Assembly (NCBI RefSeq): GCF_009914755.1
Contig: NC_060937.1
Direction: 5' to 3' (one strand)
Length of the DNA: 64,000 nucleotides
Source: the human T2T-CHM13v2.0 reference genome, Homo sapiens
The position numbers and the translations under genes were made by a program. Each line of letters begins with the position of its first letter. The stretch's first letter is position 1. A model generated the notes under the pieces. That model was not told the origin of the DNA. It was given only the letters and a program-made list of their open reading frames with translations, and did no database searches. Shown here piece by piece: positions 58,914 to 64,000 of the stretch.

Positions 58914-60330
58914 TTAGGAGGGTGTCCCAATGGGGCATGGATTGGACAATGCTCTCCAGCACTTCCATCCAAAGGATCTAGGGCTTCACTCAGGCAGCGC
59001 GGTGGGAAGGGGAGACTAGGATCAGCGTGAAAGATGCTCATTAAAGAAGACAAGTGCTGTGGAGAGTCAGAGGAAATGTGATGATTTTGTCTAAAACGCA
59101 TCTGGGCTTTCCTGGAGCCTCTCCCTGCCGGCTGCTGGGTAGGGAGATTTCCTTTTACTCAACAACACACAGGACCCCTATGCTGTCCTGGGAAGCCAAG
59201 TTTTAGGGCCTCCTGCCTCCTGGCTACTCTGCAGAGGACCAAGCTCACTGTGGCAGAGCCCCCTCAGAGCCCCTGCCCACGGGGAAGTTGGGTGGGACCC
59301 CTCCCGCCCTTCTCACTCCTGTCCTTCAGCTGGAGCCTGCAGGGCACACACATGGCGCCATTCATTCTGGTATCTTGGTGCTCTTGCTTTTCCTCTCTCT
59401 TCCTCCATTTCCAGGACCTGAAGGGATGGACTACGGCATTCTTCTTTCTCTAACCTCGTGTTATGCTTCTGATATACCAAATAGGATTAAAGCCACATAA
59501 GGAATCTCTCAGAACCAGAGATTAACTTCTCTGGACAGAAGCTGCTGGCCCTGCTTTCTATAGCAGATTCGAACTCTCAGGCAAACCCGTGGCTCCCCAC
59601 AGGCTGGGCCAAGGGCCTAAGAGTAGTATATAGCCTCCCAAAGGCATGTCTCTCATGTTTCTGGCTTGGGTTGTTGATGGTATTTGAGCAAAATGAGAAA
59701 ATACACTTAGGAACAAGTGTTGTGGGAGGAAATAATGAATTTAGTAACAAGCCTGTTGAGTTTTGCCTGCCTGAAAGGCGTACAGGTGACAATGACTGGT
59801 TGGAGCTCAGGAGACAGAGCAGGGCTGGAGGACACATGGAGAGTTAGCAGCACTGGCATTCTGTGTGTGGGAAGTTAAATTGAGTTGCCCTTGCTACAGA
59901 TGACACCTATGTCGCCCCAGGCAGGATCTGGGAGCCGAGGGAGGTTATGGATGAGAATGACACACAGGGTTCGGGGATCGTGGTCTGGGCCACCCAGATC
60001 TGCCCACATGTGGAACCTCAGTGCTGGGTGGTCCCAGGAGCAGGAGTGGCAGCTGCAGCAGGGTGGCTGAAGGTGTCATGTGCATCATTTTTCATATTAT
60101 TTAGCAACAGTGATGAGATCACTCCCCATGGGCAAACGGAGGTGGGTGGCTTATATTTGCTGAAGGAAGGACAGTCTTCAGGGGATGGCTGCTGGGCTGG
60201 GACTCCAGATTGCTGACTGCCAAAGCTGCTCCTGCATTTTCCTGCCAGGAGAGCCCTCTCTGCCCTCCTCCCTCCAATCACCTCTCACCATCTTTTGGGT
60301 TATTGGGAAGATTAGAAAAAGTGAGACCCA

Positions 60331-60612
60331 GCCAGGCCCAGTGGCTCACCTGTAAATCCCCGGCTACTCAGGAGGCGGAGGTGGGAGGATCACTTGAGCC
60401 CAGGAGTTTGAGACCAGCCTGGGCAACATAGTATGAGACTTATCACTACAAAAAAAACAGCCAGGTGTGGTCATGTTTGCCTGTGGTCCCAGCTACTTGG
60501 GAAGTTTGAGCCAGGGAGGCTGAGGCTGTAGTGAACTATGATTGTGCCTCTGCACTCCGGCCTGGGCAACAGAGTGAGAACTTGTCTCAAAAAAAAAAAA
60601 AAAAAAAAAAAA
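60331..60612 (+). mobile_element. Alu (AluJ-like)
   Basis: Alu dimer with poly(A). Confidence 0.9.
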
Positions 60613-60677
60613 AGGAAAAGAAATAGTGAGCCAATGGAAGTGTGGAGCCTCTACTAAAAGATGTTGTGGAAGGACAG

Positions 60678-60972
60678 GTTTTTTCTTTTAGACAGAATCT
60701 CGCTCTGCCACCCAGCCTGGAGTGCAGTGACACAGACAGATCAATGCAGCCTTGACCTTCTAGGCTCAAGGGATCCTCCTACCTCAGCCTCCCATGTAGC
60801 TGAGACCACAGGTGCGCACCACCACATGCAGCTAGTTTTTTTGTTTTGTTTTTTAGAGATGGGGGCCTCACTTTGTTGCCCAGGTTCGTCTTGAAGTCCT
60901 GGGCTCCAGTGACCCTCCTGTCTCAGCCTCTCATAGTGCTGGGATTACAGGCGTAAGCCATGGTGCCAGGCC
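60678..60972 (-). mobile_element. Alu (AluJ-like)
   Basis: Reverse Alu dimer. Confidence 0.9.
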
Positions 60973-61058
60973 AGGGCTTGTTCCTTGGTGGAGTGTCTGA
61001 GGGTGGGGCCTGGGTAGAGGAGTGCCCACCTGCAGGCTGGGCACAGGGTCAGGTGGTA

Positions 61059-61356
61059 TTTCTTTCTTTCTTTCTTTTGAGACAGGGTTTTGCTCTGTCA
61101 CCCAGGCTGGAATGCAGTGGCATGATCTTGGCAGACTACAACCTCCATCTCCTGGGTTCAAGCAATTCTCCTGTCTCAGCTTCTGGAGTAGCTGGGATTA
61201 CAGGTGCATGCCACCACGCCCAGCTAATTTTTGTATTTTTAGTAGAGACAGGGTTTCGCCATGTTGGCCAGGCTGGTCTCGAACTCCTGGCCTCAAGTGA
61301 TCTGCCTGCCTTGGCTTCCTAAAGTGCTGGGATTACAGGCCCAAGCCACCACGCCC
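61059..61356 (-). mobile_element. Alu (AluS-like)
   Basis: Reverse Alu dimer. Confidence 0.93.
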
Positions 61357-61489
61357 TAAAGGCACAGCAGTCAGAGAGAATGCTGAGAAAGACAGATAGG
61401 GAGATGGACTGAACGTCAGGAGTACTGATGGGCACAGCAAGGATCACTTTAGGTGGATAAGTTTTACAATAGGCATTTGGAAGGTGGCT

Positions 61490-62890
61490 TTCCATACGGA
61501 TGGAATGGAGACCTGGGTCATTCAGTAAATGGTGTTGGGACAGCCTGGGCCTCACTCCTCTGTGAAAATGAATTCCAGATGAATCAAACATTTAAATGTA
61601 AAAAAACCACAAAAGCAGAGAAAAACACAAGCAATTATATTTATAATCTTGGAGTGGAGGAGGCCCTATTTAGCTGCTCACAGTCCCCAAAAGTCACAGA
61701 AGACAAGATTGAGAAATGAAGTTACATAATTACACACCATTTCTTCTTGGTAAAGTAAAATAAGAAAAATACAAGGGCAAACTGGGAAAAAATGTTTGCA
61801 ACCCAAGTCACAAAGAGCTCATTCCTAAAGAGCTCCCACAAATCAGTAAGAAAAGGACCAGTGACGGCCGGGTGCGGTGGCTCACGCCTGTAATCCCAGC
61901 ACTTTGGGAGGCCGAGGCAGGAGGATCATGAGGTCAGGAGATCGAGACCATCCTGGCTAACATGGTGAAACCCCATCTCTACTAAAAATACAAAAAAAAA
62001 AAAAAAAATTAGCCAGGAGTGGTGGTGGGCACCAGGAGGCAGAGCTTGCAGTGAGCTGAGATTGTACCACTGCACTCCAGCCTGGATGACAGAGCGAGAC
62101 TCTGTCTCAAAAAAAAAAAAAAAAAAGAAAGAAAGAAAAGAAAAGGACCAGTGACATCATGGAAAGATGAGCAAAGATCGGGACTGTTCCCGGGGAAGGA
62201 AGGTCAAATGACTCAAACGCTTGACACAGAAAGCAACGCTAGCATCAGGCATCAGTGAAGTGCATGTGGAGACTATACTAAGAAGCCCTTTTTTTTTTTT
62301 TTTTTCCTGGCACCCAGCAGGCTACGTTGGCAAGGTTGTGAAGGAAAGGCATTCTCATCCAAGTACAGGGGTATGAATCAGCACAGCTTTTATGGAGGGC
62401 GATTTGGTGTTAAATATCAAGATTTTAAATTCACACACCCTTTAACTTAGCATTTCCCCTTCAGACACACTTGCCCACGTGCCAAATGATATGTGTACAA
62501 GGATATGTGTTCACTGCTGCAATGGCAAGAGATTGGAAGCTACCTAAACATCCACCAACAGGCACCGAGTTAGATATTATACACTATAAGGAAGAATGAG
62601 GCAGCTCTAAAAGTCATAAGTGGATCAATCACTCACCAATACAAAGCGGGGAAAGGGGTATATAGCATGCTGCCATTTCTACGTTAAAAGGGAAAATATG
62701 ACGTAATATGTACATATGACACATTCTGTGTTCAGCGCCTACACATACACGCACACAGGCATCCTTAGAACGTGGGTTCTGTGTGCGTCTTATGAGGGTC
62801 TCTGGAGGCTGGAGTTGGGGAGGAGACCTACTTTTTACTCTTGTATCTGTTAAAGTTTTCTGCCATGTGCACATATTCCTTATTTCAAAG
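61490..62890 (+). mobile_element. Old L1ME-like 3' region
   Basis: TTCAGTAAATGGTGTTGGGACAGCCTGG, GGAAAAAATGTTTGCAAC, TGTACAAGGATATG L1 3' motifs. Confidence 0.7.
61866..62140 (+). mobile_element. Alu (AluY-like, right-arm deletion)
   Basis: Flanked by AAGAAAAGGACCAGTGAC TSD. Confidence 0.92.
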
Positions 62891-63460
62891 ACATGTTAGT
62901 TTTTAAGTTGAGAGCAGAAAGGGAATTTCTCCAACCACGAGAAAAAAGCAGATACTGAGGAAATGAAGCTTCAGCACAAACAACAGCCTGGGACATACCA
63001 AGGGCATTGGTTGAAGGGCACCGTTTGCTCTTAAAGGCTCTGGGGCTTCCTGAAGAGGCACTGCAGACATCTGGATGGATTTTCAGAGTTCCTGCGACTC
63101 CATGGCTGGTTTGTGCTCCTGGTGAGGAGCCCAGACCTGGAAAGATGAAGGTATTGGCCCCAGGTGACAGACAGGAAATAGTAGAGCCAGGAGTCATCCT
63201 GGACCTCTCTGGTTCCGTCTAGCCCAAGTCCCACCCAGTGTGCTGTTAGAAAACAACATTCAGCTTCCAGAATACAAAAATATTTTTTCACTTACTTTGT
63301 GGCATAATGTTTGTTTCTCTTTAGCTTTAAAAACAAAAATGCCAAAAATAAAGTCAATTGGGTTGCTCAGCAAGTTTTTAAAAGTCAGATTGATATATTA
63401 AGAAATATGTTGTAAGAACACTGAGGTTTATTGAAGTTTAAGATATACGTCATTCATTTA

Positions 63461-63820
<360 letters not shown>

Positions 63821-64000
63821 CTACCAGTACAGTACTCTGAATATTTTTTAACAGCTTATGTTTTCCAATTTTTGGTAGTCGTCTAAAGATAACTTTTCTC
63901 TAGGTTATGAATAATGTGCAATAATTTATTTTTAGGCCTTGTTACTTTCTTCTTTAACTCCTTTCCTCTGGACAATTTAAGAAACTACACCTAATTTATT

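Overview
Primate (human-like) genomic DNA matching the IFT88/IL17D locus; I recognised this from the spliced translation, not from a database search. The + strand carries the last six coding exons of IFT88 (7008-44311, ending ...DEELGDDLLPE*, with a GC-AG terminal intron and two AATAAA signals). About 12 kb downstream lie the CpG-island promoter and first exons of IL17D (main ATG 57150). The 19.7-kb penultimate IFT88 intron holds an antisense, two-LTR HERV-K(HML-3/HERVK9-like, MER9-type LTR) provirus (31388-38553). It has a 6-bp TSD, a tRNA-Lys PBS, decayed gag/pro/pol/env and an in-frame gag-to-dUTPase deletion. The rest is dense Alu, L1, L2, MIR and DNA-transposon debris, and nearly all other ORFs in the supplied track are repeat or GC artefacts. 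I see no evidence for a wholly new biological system. The best second-look items are: two candidate frameshifting IFT88 exons that converge on one alternative basic/Trp-rich C-terminus; an in-frame upstream ATG exon for IL17D; a perfect 37-bp hairpin in a rearranged L1; a tail-less mosaic L1PA insert; and the provirus structure and apparent LTR youth. Repeat boundaries and subfamily names are by-eye estimates.
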